Source: Squalus acanthias
Taxonomy: Eukaryota
DNA length: 64,000 bases
NCBI GenBank assembly: GCA_030390025.1
Contig: CM059446.1
Coordinates: forward strand, 51,398,001 to 51,462,000
Direction: 5' to 3'
In this document: positions 8,929-21,295 of the stretch, piece after piece
Layout: each line of letters opens with the position of its first letter
How positions within the stretch are numbered: position 1 is the first letter of the stretch
Program-made: the position numbers and the translations under genes
The notes under the pieces: generated by a model
Seen by the model: the letters and a program-made list of their open reading frames with translations, nothing else
Databases searched by the model: none
Told to the model about the DNA's origin: nothing

Positions 8929-11900
8929 GTCACTTTGCAGCAAAGATCACTGTGTAATGATCAGGAGTGAGAATCCTGACTGTTTTATTTCCCCACCCTC
9001 CATAGCCCAAGGTACTGAAGCCAATTGTAGAGACCCAAATGCTGCCCCTCCAGCATTACATTTAATTTAATAAATAATGATGATGTTGCTTTGAATCATG
9101 CTCCTCAGTCTGGATAGCATGCTGCTGGTGCCTCAAATCAAATGCCCTGCTCGGCATCTTTCTCTCTGTGTCCCTCTTTCTTTCTCTCTTTCTCTCTCTG
9201 TTTTTACTCTTTCTCATTTTTCTGTCTGTGTCTCTACTCTTGACATGCTTCTCTCTCTCTCTGGGCATGCTTCTCTCACAAGGCGCAGTTCTTCCTTTGA
9301 CAATTCTCCTCTTTCTGACTGGGCACACTCTTTTCTCTGGACATGCTTGTCTCCCTGGGCACACTCCTCTCTCTGGGATAGCTCCACTCTCTTACTGGCC
9401 ATGCCCTGGTTCATGGGTCACGGGCCTCTTTCTGACTGGGTACACGCCTCATGCTCCTTTAGCTTCTCCCTGCAAAGCATTTCAGTTTTGAACAACACGA
9501 TGTGCAAAGAAATTCAAACTGACTTTTGAGCATCTTTTAAATAGTTTTGCTCAAATTCACACTGGCAAAAAAACATCCAAATATCAACTTATGGACAACA
9601 CAGATGTTTACATTTTTATATAAGATTAACAATATGTATGATATTTATGAACTTTCAATACGTGAAACATAAAAGTGAAACAAAAAAATATCCAATTAAA
9701 GTTGATTCTGGCTATCTCCTTCGGGCTAAGTTGAACTGGTTGCAGGAGGCTGGGCAACTGTTGAATGGATGTGACGGGTCCTGACAACCCAGCCAGTGTG
9801 GTGATTTTTAACCGAGATCATGACTGATTTTGACGGATGTTGGATAGAAGGTCAGGCTTCGCTTAGAGAGAAACTGTAATTATTGGCCGTACTGGAGGGG
9901 CTCCTTCCCCAGTGACTAAGGGGTAGATATAATCCAGAGTCCCCAAATGTTGGTCTTACACATATGGTTCAGTAGTATCCTCCACATGGGATTGAAGACA
10001 AGTACAAAGTAAGTAACATAAATTGACTTTAGTCTTTCTTGGGCTTTGAGGTTGATTTGTGTCGACAGGAGGGGAGTGACATTAGTTAATGATTTCTCTG
10101 GTGAAAATCTTGGTGGACAATTGGAAGGTGAACGATTGGAGCACAGACACTGGAGGTTCCACTGTAGTTACACTGTTGATCCATTACTTATCTATGGTCA
10201 TGGTAACTTAGAGCAAGAGGTGGGCGAAATAAAATTGTGCGGATTACTGTTTAATCCAGGTGGAGATGATTTAAAGTTATGTAGTTACCAGGATTTTTAC
10301 CAAAATAAAACAACCCATTATACGAAATGGGTGATTCCAAAGGTTGAAGGTGATGGGACATCAGGTAAGCCTATCATTTACACAATAAGATAGTTTTGGA
10401 TGGTTTGAAAGCTCATTCTATCTTAGGACCTCAAAATTGTGGAACTTCTCACCTCCCTTATTCTTCGCTCCTTCCTACAATCTACAGGCTTTAAAAACTC
10501 AAGCTTGGTGTTATCTAACTATCACTTCCTGGTTCATCTGTGCTTCTCTCCCACTCTTTGCAACCTTGCTGGCTTCCTGCACTGTGGGCCTTGTCTCTTC
10601 ACCTGGGCTTTCCAATTTTAAAGCAAGTGGTTTAGGCTTCCTGTGAAGATGATGCCTTTCAAAGTATCCGCAAGTATCTTGTTTTAAATGTTGCAGGAAA
10701 CTTCCACTTTGACAAGCATGTTTTCTGCTTTGATGGCAAGTTCTGATACCTGGCATCATCGTCATCACTCCCACTGCCTCATTTCAAGGGCGATAAACAG
10801 CTTCCAATGAGTCTGTGACCGGAGTAAAACCCAGTACTGCAGATGGGGCTGTCCAATATCTAGTGTAATAATTCAAAGCTCTTTTGATTTGCACTCTATC
10901 GCTCTGCTACTGCATCCTGGTACCTCATTTGCGTTTTTACTGCAACCAAGCATTGGGCTGACAGTTTAATAGATTTCAAAGGGAAAGCATCACCACCTTT
11001 AGTTAAAAACTTGATTCCCAAGATCCAAATTTTTTTTTATTGTAAGCTTGCTGTTGGGCCACTGGCTTCCTGATTGGAATTGCCACCTTTGCCCTTTTAT
11101 GGGGCCTAAAAGGTGGGGATGGGGGGGGGGATAAGATAATGCTGAGAAACCTAAGTCATAGGGCCCTGTCTGTGAGAAACGTCATGACAATGGCCAACCT
11201 GGACAGGAAGCCAGTCACTGTACAGTGAAGGTTCACAAAAATCATAGCGATTTCTTTTTAGAAAAAAAGAAAGAAAAGTTGGATCCAGAAATGGGGAGGG
11301 GGATTATTCTTGGAGGGTAGTCTGACTGTGTGGCCCTGTCCTGCTGCAGTGTCATAGTGGAGAAGCGGAAATTCAAATGGGGCTATCATACCGAACCTGG
11401 GTCCAGCAAAGTGAGAGGTCAAGCCTGTGAAGGGATTGTTTAAAGTAGATTTCCTTGGGCTCACTCATGTGACTCCCCTCAGCTGCATATCTAACTCCTA
11501 ATCTTCAGATAAGCATGATTATCCCAGGAATGGCTGTTGTCGAGGCTTTGTAATGGCTACAAGGAACCTTTGATGCTGTGCTTTGTGATGGTGCGGTGCT
11601 GATTTTTTCAATGCCTGGGATGAGTTTCTGGGCGTGTTACTGCAACTCTTTTTTTTCTCTCCGGCAAGAATCTTGCTTTTATCTTGCATTTTTTTTCCTG
11701 ATGGTTTGTGTTCTCACTCTGCACAAGAGAGGAGGAAAAAAAATAAAACCCTTCCTGTAACAAGGATGTGTTTCTGTGTAAGAGAAGCACTCTTTCAATT
11801 GATCTGATCCATCTTGATTTTTCAGAAGAATGAAACATCTCCTTCGCTGAGTCCAGAGGGACAGTGAGATGTGAAATTCCGTTAAATAAAAATCATTTTC

Positions 11901-12711
11901 TCCAAAGATGTAACGCTGAAAAATCTCAAGTGCACGGGGATGTGGAGAAAGAATGGATCTCAGTAATTGCTGTGAAAGTACAATAAACAAAGGGATTTGA
12001 TGATGATTAAATCAGAGAGCACTGGGGCCAGGCACAGATTAAGGACTGCAGGTTAGAAAAGCCTGTGTAACTTTGTGTCCTAGACATGGAGTATAAATTA
12101 GAGCATGGGACAAAAGTGTTCAGAAGGTCAGCAGATCATTCCCCACTAAAAGAGACTGGCTTAAAATTGATGTTGCTCCAGAATAGCCCCCTTTTCAAAC
12201 TCAAGGACACGATGTGCAGATCAGAGGAGGCTTCAAGCGTGTGTGGTTTCTCCGGTGTAACCCCAAGCGGTTTTGTCACTGCCTCAGTCCGTTTTGAAGT
12301 CATCAGCGGCTGCAATCATGTAAAACAGCGCAGCCAGGGAAAGCCACAAAATGCCTGGATGGCGCTGGAAACGCATACCGCACGACCAGCGCGACCTGGC
12401 GGAAAGTGCGCTTGGCACCGATTCACCGTAAAAACTGCAGGCCTTGAAATCACGCCACGGGATGCAAGCTTACGGACGCTTAATGCATTCATCTGCAGGC
12501 CCTCTCTCTGCTAAACATTAGCTGGAAACCGGTTAAGGGTTGCATTAAAACAGTGGAGAGAGGAACTTCAGAGGAACATGTTTGTATCCCACAGGGGAGC
12601 ATAAGGGCCTAACACTTTAAAATATGTATCCATTAAGTTTGAAGCGAGTGGAGATTCACAGACGCCACTTCACAGCAAGGCACAGCTTTACAAAGTGGAC
12701 TTATTTGTAGG

Positions 12712-12888
12712 ATAAAAGCAGAAAATGATGTAAATACACTGCAGGTCAGAGACAGAGAAAGGCACCATAACATTTCAGGTAGGACTGGGTTCTGATGAAG
12801 GGTCTCTACTTGAAATGTTACTCTGTCTTTCAGCATTTTGTGGAGGAAACAGTCTGTGTTTCCCCTGTGGACCTTTCTTCAGAACTGA
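12712..12888. mobile_element. Degenerate Penelope-derived element with decayed hammerhead core
   Basis: GTT-CTGATGA-A-GGGT-CTCT-ACTT-GAAATGTTAC at about 12789-12821, within arms homologous to 7812-7910. Confidence 0.55.
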
Positions 12889-12919
12889 AAAATGAGAGTC
12901 GAGCAAACATATTAATTAT

Positions 12920-13150
12920 GAACATTAGGAACAGGAATAGGCCATTCAGCCCCTCGAGCCTGCTCCGTCATTCAATTAGATCATGGCTGAGCTGCACCTC
13001 AAATCCATTTAACTGTCTTGGCTCCACATCCCTTGATACCCATACCTGACAAAAATCTATCGATCTCAGTCTTGAAAGCTCCAATTGTCCCAGTATCCAC
13101 AGCCTTTTGGGGGAAGAGAGTTCCAGATTTCAACTACCTTCTGTGTGAAA
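12920..13150 (-). mobile_element. CR1 3' end
   Basis: Antisense homology to 8680-8925; close match to 17315-17500. Confidence 0.8.
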
Positions 13151-13265
13151 AGGGGGTGCGAGAAATATTAGAAAAACAAGACAAATACGGAGAGGAAGCA
13201 ACCTCAATGGCACTGAGAAGCTCTCCCTGTTCTTCTCTTCCTTTCCTTCCCTAATCGCAAACAAC

Positions 13266-13448
13266 ATATGAAGTTTCACAATTTAGCACTCTTTGCTCAG
13301 AGCTTCACATAACAGGAGAGCGTATCGGGAACTCAGGCACGGAGGTAAATGACGATTTTCTGTTCATTAACCCACACCCGAAATCCCAGTACGCATTCCT
13401 GTCGCACACAGCTCTGCACCAAGGGTGCGAGACCGTAAAATTTACCCC
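13266..13448. mobile_element. Degenerate palindromic MITE
   Basis: Left GCACTCTTTGCTCAGAGCT..ACAGGAGAGCGTATCGGGA matches the reverse complement of the right arm, which ends AAAATTTACCCC. Confidence 0.55.
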
Positions 13449-14609
13449 AAAGTTTTGGTCGTTTTTTTTTTCATGCAGACCATGCCCCTTTAAGTGTGCA
13501 GTTGCTCATATGAATTATAAAAAGGGGTAAAGAATTGTTTTTAGAAATAAATGGGCAAAATAATTTTAAAATGTTGAGGAAAAAATATTCATAGCTTTAT
13601 TTCAGAAAACGGGGATTTTTTTTTAGTTGAAGAAACAATGGGTTTACTATGAGGAGAAATTTTTGCCTGTTGTGACTGGGAGAGTGTTGCCTACACCAGT
13701 CTTGGCCCTCATTTGAATGATCCTTGATTATATATGCAGAGTGTGTGAGCACTGTCTGGCTTCATATAATAACCGGCAAAGTTTGTGTGCAATTAGAGGC
13801 CAGAGTTAGGCTACACCCCTTCTGCTGAGGCTTTCTGTGCCTCAGACAGGGCCTGGTTCAGAGACACTGCACTGTGCTGTTGCCAGGAGCAATATGCCTG
13901 GGCCTGTGCTATGCTGTGAAAAGGCAGGGCCTGTCAAACTGTCTGACTTCAGCCATAGCTGCGTCCCCCACAGCTGGGCTCACGCATACCTCAGCCCTTG
14001 TTCAGAGCCTGGGAATAGCGAAGCCCGGTGAGGTTCAAGGACAGGCTTGACAATCATTAGTGAGAGGGGGCCCCGCTGTTCCCACTCTCTCTCCCTTTTC
14101 TCTATTGACACATTCATGGATGTCTTCAGAGCGGCGCACACTGATCCCTCTGAATTGATACCTCATCACACCTCATGCACGCATGCATAAGCACGGTGAG
14201 ACAACAGAGTGCACTGAACAATGTCTCCCTGTGGCCTATTCAGTGGAGAGGCCCTGTTCAGCTCTGAGTGTCCCCTCTGGTCACTTCAGAAACTTCTCAC
14301 TCTCTCTGTGTGACTGAGTGTGAGGGGGATAGTGTAGTGATACTTCCATACACAGGCAACACAACAATGCAAGTTCCCTTGTCCTGTTGCCATTTTTACA
14401 GATGGTATTGATGTGAACAAGACCCTTAAATGGATCAACAGTTGTACATTTTTATTAATCAAATATGGCTTGTTTAATTGTTTCAACTAGGTTAACAGAT
14501 TAAATAAGGAGTGGACAGGAGCTGATGCCTGGTGACATATGAGGTCACCGCCATCTTATTTCAACATAGACAGCCCCGACATCTCTAAAGTGTAAACACA
14601 TCAAAAATT

Positions 14610-14765
14610 AAACAAAAAACCGTGAATGCTGGAAATATGAAATAAAAACAGAAAATGCCAGAAATGCACAGCTGGTTGGTTGAAGAGAAGGAACGGGTTA
14701 ATGTTTCAGGGACAGTCTTGATAAAGGGTCCCATCCTAAACTGTCATCTTTCTTTCTCATTCAGA
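14610..14765. mobile_element. Degenerate Penelope-derived element
   Basis: AAAAACAGAAAATGCCAGAAAT...GGTTAATGTTTCAGG homology to 7812-7910. Confidence 0.5.
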
Positions 14766-14957
14766 AAGTAACTCCTTATTGAGAAGTGCATTATAATGGA
14801 GATATTTTGCGTAGCTCCCAAACACATACACGCTCAATGTGGAAAGAAAAGGGAAATAAAGCAATTTATAAATATTACAGCCAACAATGGATGGTTGGAG
14901 TTATGAGTTACAGTCATGTCTGAGGCCATTATTGGGTTTTGGAGTTTAAAAAAAAAA

Positions 14958-15280
14958 AATTTCACGGGATGTGGGCATCGCTGGCAAGGCCAGCATTTAT
15001 TGCCCATCCCTAACTGCCCTTGAACAACTGAGTGGCTTGCTGGGCCATTTCAGAGTGTTGTGGGTCTGGAGTCACATATGGGCCAGATTTCCTTCCCCTA
15101 AGGACATTAGTGAACAAGATGGGTTTTCCTGACAATCTGGTAGTTTCATGGTCACCATTACTAATACTAGCTTTTTATTCCAGATTTATTTAATTAACAG
15201 AATTTAAGTTCCACAGCTGCCAGGGTGGGATTTGAACTCGTATCATCTGGATCAGTAGTCCAGCGCCTCTGTACCGTACC
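14958..15280 (-). mobile_element. tRNA-head SINE with LINE-derived 3' tail
   Basis: B-box-like GAGTTCAAATCCC on the minus strand (about 15227-15239); tail GGGATGTGGGC..GCATTTATTGCCCATCCCTA..TGCCCTTGA shared with the LINE at 36260-36600. Confidence 0.75.
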
Positions 15281-16029
15281 CGTTGTTAATGCACCTGTGC
15301 CAGCTTGGTATCTGGAATATAGATGTCCATCTAATTTGCCACGACAGTCCTTGATCATTAATGTTTGTTCACAGTACTTTTTTATTGAGAAGCTTAAAGT
15401 GAAAGTCCAAGACCCCTTGCGGGGGGGCAGTATTAAAATTGAAAAAGTAGGAAAAACTAGAGAAGATCTTAATGCCAAAGATCTGTTCCTATAAAGTAAA
15501 ATATCTGTCGATGTGTTATTAATAAGACAGCAAAAATTGCATAATGTATAATTAGAGCAATCTAAAAATCAGGGCTAACCCTGCTGTTTACCCGTGGAAA
15601 GGTTTGTGCCGTCCATATGGGTACCTGGGGGCGGTCACAAGGTAGTAATCTGGTTGAGAGCTTCAGATGCAATCTCAAACTGTCTGAATGCAGCTCATTG
15701 ATTTTGTAACGGTATTCTGAGCTCCAAGTTTAAATCTGAGCTCTTGTTGTGGTTTCCTAATCTTTTTTAATAATGTACACTGATACAAATTATTTCGAGG
15801 AGTTTGTTAAATTTTTCAGTCTCTTGTTGCGTTGACTGTTGGTTTCAACTGTCTTGTGTGTTTCACACATGATGATGCTCACACCAGTTGTGATGGTAGT
15901 GAGTTTTTAAGGCAGTTGATTACCTCTGCTTTTTTTATTATTGAGAGCTTCAAGTGAGAGGTCAAGGTTTACAGTATAGGATACCAGTAAGGTTGAAAAG
16001 AGCAGGAGAGAAGGTGAGGGCTATCGGGA

Positions 16030-16175
16030 AGTAGTGTTAGACCACACAATGCTTGAGCTTTAAAAACCTGTAGGTTGTAAGAGGCAGGGATGACTGAAGG
16101 AAGTGAGGAGCTCCACAGTTTTGAGGACCTGGGAAAGAATTAGTTCGAGTACGACACTGTGCGATGAATTTTGAA
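16030..16175 (-). mobile_element. 3' end of a divergent CR1/L2-group LINE (Crack/Daphne-like)
   Basis: Minus translation FFPRSSKLWSSSLPSVIPASYNLQVFKAQ resembles the SFFPRT..LWN.LP...FP..Y.L..FK C-terminal motif. Confidence 0.5.
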
Positions 16176-16187
16176 ATTTTGACACAG

Positions 16188-16485
16188 TGGGGCCCGATTT
16201 TAACCCGACCTGGGCAGTTAAAAACAAGCCGGTTACTTACCCGCTCAGACCCTGACCATTTCCAAAATTAACTTGCAGGTTTTGCAGGCAGGTGAGGCAG
16301 CCACCTAAAATGGCAGGGGCCTCATAAATTTATGCAAATCAGTGTCTTATTACGTCAATAGGACCCTGATGCAGTTTTAGCGGGGCTTGTGTGCCTTTCT
16401 CGCTCGGCAATAGTAGGTCTGCAGCTGGTCTAAAGACAGGACAGACCCTTCAGGCAAGTGTAAAACCTTCCTTTTTGGGGGCCAG
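16188..16485. mobile_element. Terminal fragment of Harbinger-like non-autonomous element
   Basis: Begins GGGGCCCGATTTTAAC, similar in style to the other GGGG...ATTTT termini in the window; no matching right end found. Confidence 0.4.
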
Positions 16486-16599
16486 CATCTTATGACTGCA
16501 TCGTAGAACTTTTTGAAGAACAAGAGAGAGAGAAACTCCAAAAAGAAATGACCAGTATCGTAGACAGAATATTATATGTTGTTTATATGATACAAGCGA

Positions 16600-16930
16600 T
16601 AGAATTTGTGGGCATTAAAAGATTTAAAAGCCATTACTTCACACCTGCAAGCGATAGCTGGACCTGCTTCTGGCTGGGGCAGAGATCACCTCGAACAAGT
16701 GGTAGGTACTGCATAGAATTATCAAGGCCAGAGTGATCTCTTGCACTAGTTTCAATCGCCTAGTGGGAGGTCGGAGAGGAATTTCCCAGATTTTTTTCTC
16801 CAAGTTGGCCTGGGTTTTTAATCAAGGTAATACCTTGATATTACAGTACAAGGTATCACAATTGGGTGGGACAGACTGGATGGACCAGAGGGTCTTTTCC
16901 TGTCCGCCGTTGTTCGTATGTTCGTACTAC
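16600..16930 (+). mobile_element. CR1-type 3' UTR fragment
   Basis: Ends TGGATGGACCAGAGGGTCTTTTCCTGTCC followed by a (TGTTCGTA)2 tail. Confidence 0.55.
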
Positions 16931-17314
16931 TTGCAAATTGTGATGATTGATGGAATTGAGTAAAATCTTCATTAATATTTCTATTAAAGACTCCCAGGGG
17001 CATATTTGCTAATCGGCAAAGCTTTTGGTATGAACACTTTGAGGGTGAATTTCCGCCGAGATTCTTCTGATCGCCCACCATAACTTCAGCAGTAGAGCTG
17101 CGGAAACTCCAGCAAAATAGCGCAATGTCAATTCTGGAGTTTCTGTACGCCGTTTTTGCAGGGTTTACGCAACTCTTCCACCAAAGTTACCCCGGTGAGC
17201 AGTAGAACCCCATGTGCCAATTTTGGTGAGGTACCAAGGCCCCAGCAAAAGTCAGTGCTTTCAGGAGAGGAAGGAGAACAACTCGGGAGAAAGAAAATGA
17301 GCAGATAAACTAAA

Positions 17315-17752
17315 TTAGGAACATAGGAACATTAGGAACTGGAGTAGATAATTCAGCCTCTCGGGTGTGCTTTGCCATTCAATGAGATCATGGCTTATCT
17401 GCACCATGTGCCTTGATACCCTTACCTAACAAAAATCTATCGATCTCAGTCTTGAAAGTTCCAGTTGTCCCAGCATCCACAGCCTTTTGGCGGAGAAAGT
17501 TCCAAATTCCAAAGTGCTTCCTGACTTTGCTCCTGAATAGCCTAGCTCCAATCTTATGTGCTCTTGTTCTGGATTTTCCCACCAGAGGAAATTGTTTCTC
17601 TGTATTTGCCCTATTTTTTGGGGAAGGCTTGATGGACCAGCTGGTCTTTTCCTGCCCTGTCAATTTTGTATGTTCTATCAAATACTTGCAATATTTTAAA
17701 CACCTCGATCAGATCCCCCCTCAATCTTCGATACTCAAGGGAATACAAGCCA
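17315..17752 (-). mobile_element. CR1 3' fragment
   Basis: Minus translation FPLVGKSRTRAHKIGARLFRSKVRKHF; (GGAACAT)n tail. Confidence 0.85.
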
Positions 17753-17756
17753 AGCT

Positions 17757-18815
17757 CGAAAACAGAAAGTAGAGGTAGCTACTCAGACTGGCAAAAGTGG
17801 GAAGTGGTGTTCCACAGGGATCGGTGCTGGGACCACTGTTGTCCACAATTTACATTAATGATTTGGACTCGGGAATGGGAAGTACAATTTCAAAATTTGC
17901 AGATGACACCAAACTGGGAGGTGTAGTTAATAGAAAGGAAGAATGTGACAAAGTAGAGGAAGACATTAATAAACTTGTAGAATGGACGTGTAATTGGCAA
18001 ATGAATTTCAATATAGAAAAGTGTGAGTCGGTGCATTTTGGTAGGAAGAATAAAGAGGCCACATACTGCTTGGATAATAAGAGTCAGAATGGGATAGAGG
18101 AGCAAAGGGATCTAGGGGTACAGATACACAAATCACTAAAAGTTGCCGCACAGGTTAATAAGGCTATAAAAAAGCAAATGAAGCACTAGGGTTCATTTCT
18201 AGAGGGATAGAACTGAAAAAGCAGAGGAGTTACATTAAACTTATATCGAACCTTGGTTAGACCACACTTGGAGTACTGTGCACAGTTCAGGTCTCCATAT
18301 TATAAAAAGGATATAGAGGCATTGGAGAAGGTGCAAACAAGATTCACAAGGATGATACCAGAACTGAGAGGATATATTTATTAGGAAAGACTGAACAGGC
18401 TGGGGCTCTATTCTCTTGAAAAGAGAAGGCTGAGGGGTGACCTGATAGAGGTCTTTAAGATAATGAAAAAGTTTGATAGGGTAGATGCAAAGAAAATGTT
18501 TCCACTTGTGGGAGTCCAAAACTAGAGGTCATAAATATAAGATAGCCGCTAATAAATCCAATAGGGAATTCAGGAAAAACTTCTTTACCCAAAGAATGGT
18601 TAGAATGTGGAACGCGCTACCACAAGGAATAGTTGAGGCAAATAGCGTAGATGCATTTAAGGGGAAGCTAGATAAGCACATGCGGGAGAAAGGAATAGAA
18701 GGATATGCTGATAGGGTGAGATGAAATAGGGTGGAAGGAGGCTCATGTGGAGCATAAACCAGTTGGACCAAATGGCCTGTTTCTGTGTTGTACACTCGAT
18801 GTAACTCGATGTAAG
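17757..18815 (+). mobile_element. 5'-truncated CR1 LINE (~1.05 kb)
   Basis: RT motifs SGVPQGSVLGP and KFADDTKLGG, then YRTLVRPHLEYC and FFTQRMVRMWNALP; disrupted frame; (CTCGATGTAA)2 tail. Confidence 0.95.
17797..18189 (+). pseudogene. CR1 ORF2 reverse transcriptase fragment
   Basis: QGSVLGP and FADD catalytic motifs; reading frame breaks downstream. Confidence 0.9.
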
Positions 18816-20527
18816 TTATGCAACCCCATCATTTAACCCTCTAAGCCCCTGTATCATTTCTGGTAAATTAAATGATTGCAGCCACTCTGGACACAGGTTG
18901 CTGCATCCTGTAGTGAATACACCAACCCTGGAGAGATGAAAACTCAAAACGTTTAACCTTCAATCCTGACGTGTTTTGACGTGTTTTTTGTTGTCATGTA
19001 GTGGATTTGCAAACAAGTGAGAAAGGTTTGTCAAAAACTGTTTTGTGAAGAAAGTACCTCTAAGTAGTCTGTACCCAACTGAGTCTGAGGTTGGTATTTG
19101 AATGCATGAAATTGACCTGAAATTGATGAGCAGCTCATTAGAAAAGAGATGCAAGGGTGAAATCTTTCTAACTTAGATTTTGTTTTTAAGGGTACCAGAT
19201 TATTTTGAAACAATGAGGGGGGAGAAAGAAAAAGAATCTGGAGCAAATCATCTGTGGTGCTTCCCAGGTTCATACACGTCATTAATTATTTTTAATTAAA
19301 AAAAAACTTTTTCTCCCCTGTAAAAAATGATGGAGTCTGTTGCCATGACTACAACTTGTTCAAATTACAGAGAATTTTTACTGTGCAAAATTAAATACCT
19401 GTCTGTCTAATATACCTTAAGTGTGTTGGTAGTGTTAGCTGACAAAGGTTAAATAATGGCTACAAATACTGTTCCAGTAATTTACCCACCCACACCCATC
19501 CAAGAATATTACATATTCAGTGCCTTTGTGAAAATGCAAAGTTCCAGTCTCTAAATACGGGACAAAGCTTTTATCCTTGGTTATTTTACTGTTATTGTGC
19601 AGACTGAAGCTCAGTAAATGAAGTAGATGCATTTGTGCTAACGGTTTGTGGGGAGGGGGAATGGGGGGTGGGTGGTGGTGGGGAGAGGACCATTATTTCT
19701 CATTCAAGTCCCTCTCCTGGAAATCAGGGCTGGCATAAAAGAAGCATATTTGCATAAGCAACATGGGTCATATTGAGGAGGAAACAATATTAGCAACTGA
19801 AAAATTCAATGCAGTGTTGCAGAGAGGGACCAGAAGCAAACAGAATTGACAGTCAAAGGTTTCTTTGTACCCTGAGGAGATGAAATTGTCCAGAAACTCA
19901 CTCCATTTGATTTTTGTTCCTCCTCCCACCCTCCCAACAGCGCTCCCCCCCCCCCCCGCCCCCCCCCCCCACTGCCTCAATTTTTTGGTTGAAGGCATGG
20001 TCAGGATAAGGGGCGGGGTAGAGGGATAGAAAGTAAAATGAACCATCTGAGTTATCCGAGGAGACAAAAGGGGACTGTAAATTTACAAAAACACATCATT
20101 AAGGCAGACATCATTAACTGTTTCCATGCCAGTTTTCTTTGGATAGCTTTTGTACATTGCATTGATTGTTAATAATGATCCCACCCCCCTCCCCACCTCC
20201 CAAAAGGGCACTGACTTTACAGAAAAGCGTTTGGTAAAGCTATTTTTGCAATGCAATGGTGCTGTTCACTTTGAAAAACGCATCTCGAACTGTGTGGTCT
20301 GTACATGACATTGCCCTGATGAAATTGACATGTGTGCGGGTTGTGGCTCATGTCCTTTTCCCAACGACACAGTTCGCCTCTTCCTTTTGAGCGTGAAGTT
20401 GATTTTTCCCACAGCTCTTTGCACAGTTAGCATGCATGTACATTCAAAATAATCCTGTAAAAAAAATAGCAGAGAATTTCACAACAGGACATTGGTCTGG
20501 TTGTTCAGGTAATGAGGGTTAGATATA

Positions 20528-20841
20528 TTGGATGTGTCCAAACTGTGGCCCAGTGGCCACGCGATGCCTATACACCCTGGCAATCCAGCCTTCGAAGCCC
20601 AGGCAATTCACTCTCTGATTCGCTGGTTTCTTCTGCTTGAATTTTGTGAGGCCGGGGGTTTGGAAAGGGCTGCTCTTGGGACTGTTGCCTCTTGGTGGGT
20701 GAATCCTAAATCAGACACCAAGATCTGTTAGTATCAGCAAGCTGAGATACATGCAAATTAATGGGAACATGGATTTGAATTGTATATGTGGCCCCCCCAA
20801 GGCCCCATGTGACATATAGGCAAAAAGCTTGGACATCCCTG
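20528..20841. mobile_element. hAT (Charlie-like) non-autonomous element
   Basis: Left GTGTCCAAACTGTGGCCC and right AAAAAGCTTGGACATCCCTG fit a CAGGG.TGTCCAA-type TIR; second copy near 35700-35893. Confidence 0.55.
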
Positions 20842-21114
20842 AGGTAAGTAATCATTAGACTAGTATCTGTAGAGACAAGAACCTCGTTTGTTAACTATCA
20901 TGAATTATATGTCTTATTGTTACCTTTTTTGGTGATTTTTTTTGTGCTCATCGGGGTGAAGAGATGTTAGTTCTGGGGAATGAAACACTTTCTTCCATTA
21001 CAGGTATTAAGTGTATGCTCGGTTAGCTGAATGCAGCACTTGGACATAGCAGAGTAAAGTTCCCACCTGCACTTCCCAGGAATGTGTCTAACCTTGTGCT
21101 CAGAAAAGCAAACT

Positions 21115-21295
21115 TTTACTGTGCATGTGTGTGTGGGCATCGGGTGAAGGCAGGACAGGACTGGAGCTTGGGCTTCAATGCCCCTCACAGTCAAGTCGCC
21201 TGCCAACACTCTCAGTCTGGGCTCACATAGGATGAATAGCCACTTGGGGAAGGTAGCACAGTGCTGCTGGTACCTGTGCACCCTGTAACACCAGT
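21115..21295 (+). mobile_element. 3' part of old tRNA-derived SINE
   Basis: GCCTGCCAACACTCTCAGTCTGGGCTCACAT.GGATGAATAGCCACTTGGG is antisense to 920-1020 and 61960-62010. Confidence 0.55.

Noticed and set aside
9062-9529. ORFs of 100-143 aa
   Set aside because: Low-complexity TC-rich sequence with no domain or splice support.
15225-15280. tRNA gene
   Set aside because: Only a B-box-like motif within a SINE head; no cloverleaf.
17315-18815. Twin-priming inversion of one CR1
   Set aside because: Both pieces have their own different 3' tails and cover overlapping parts of ORF2, so they are independent insertions.
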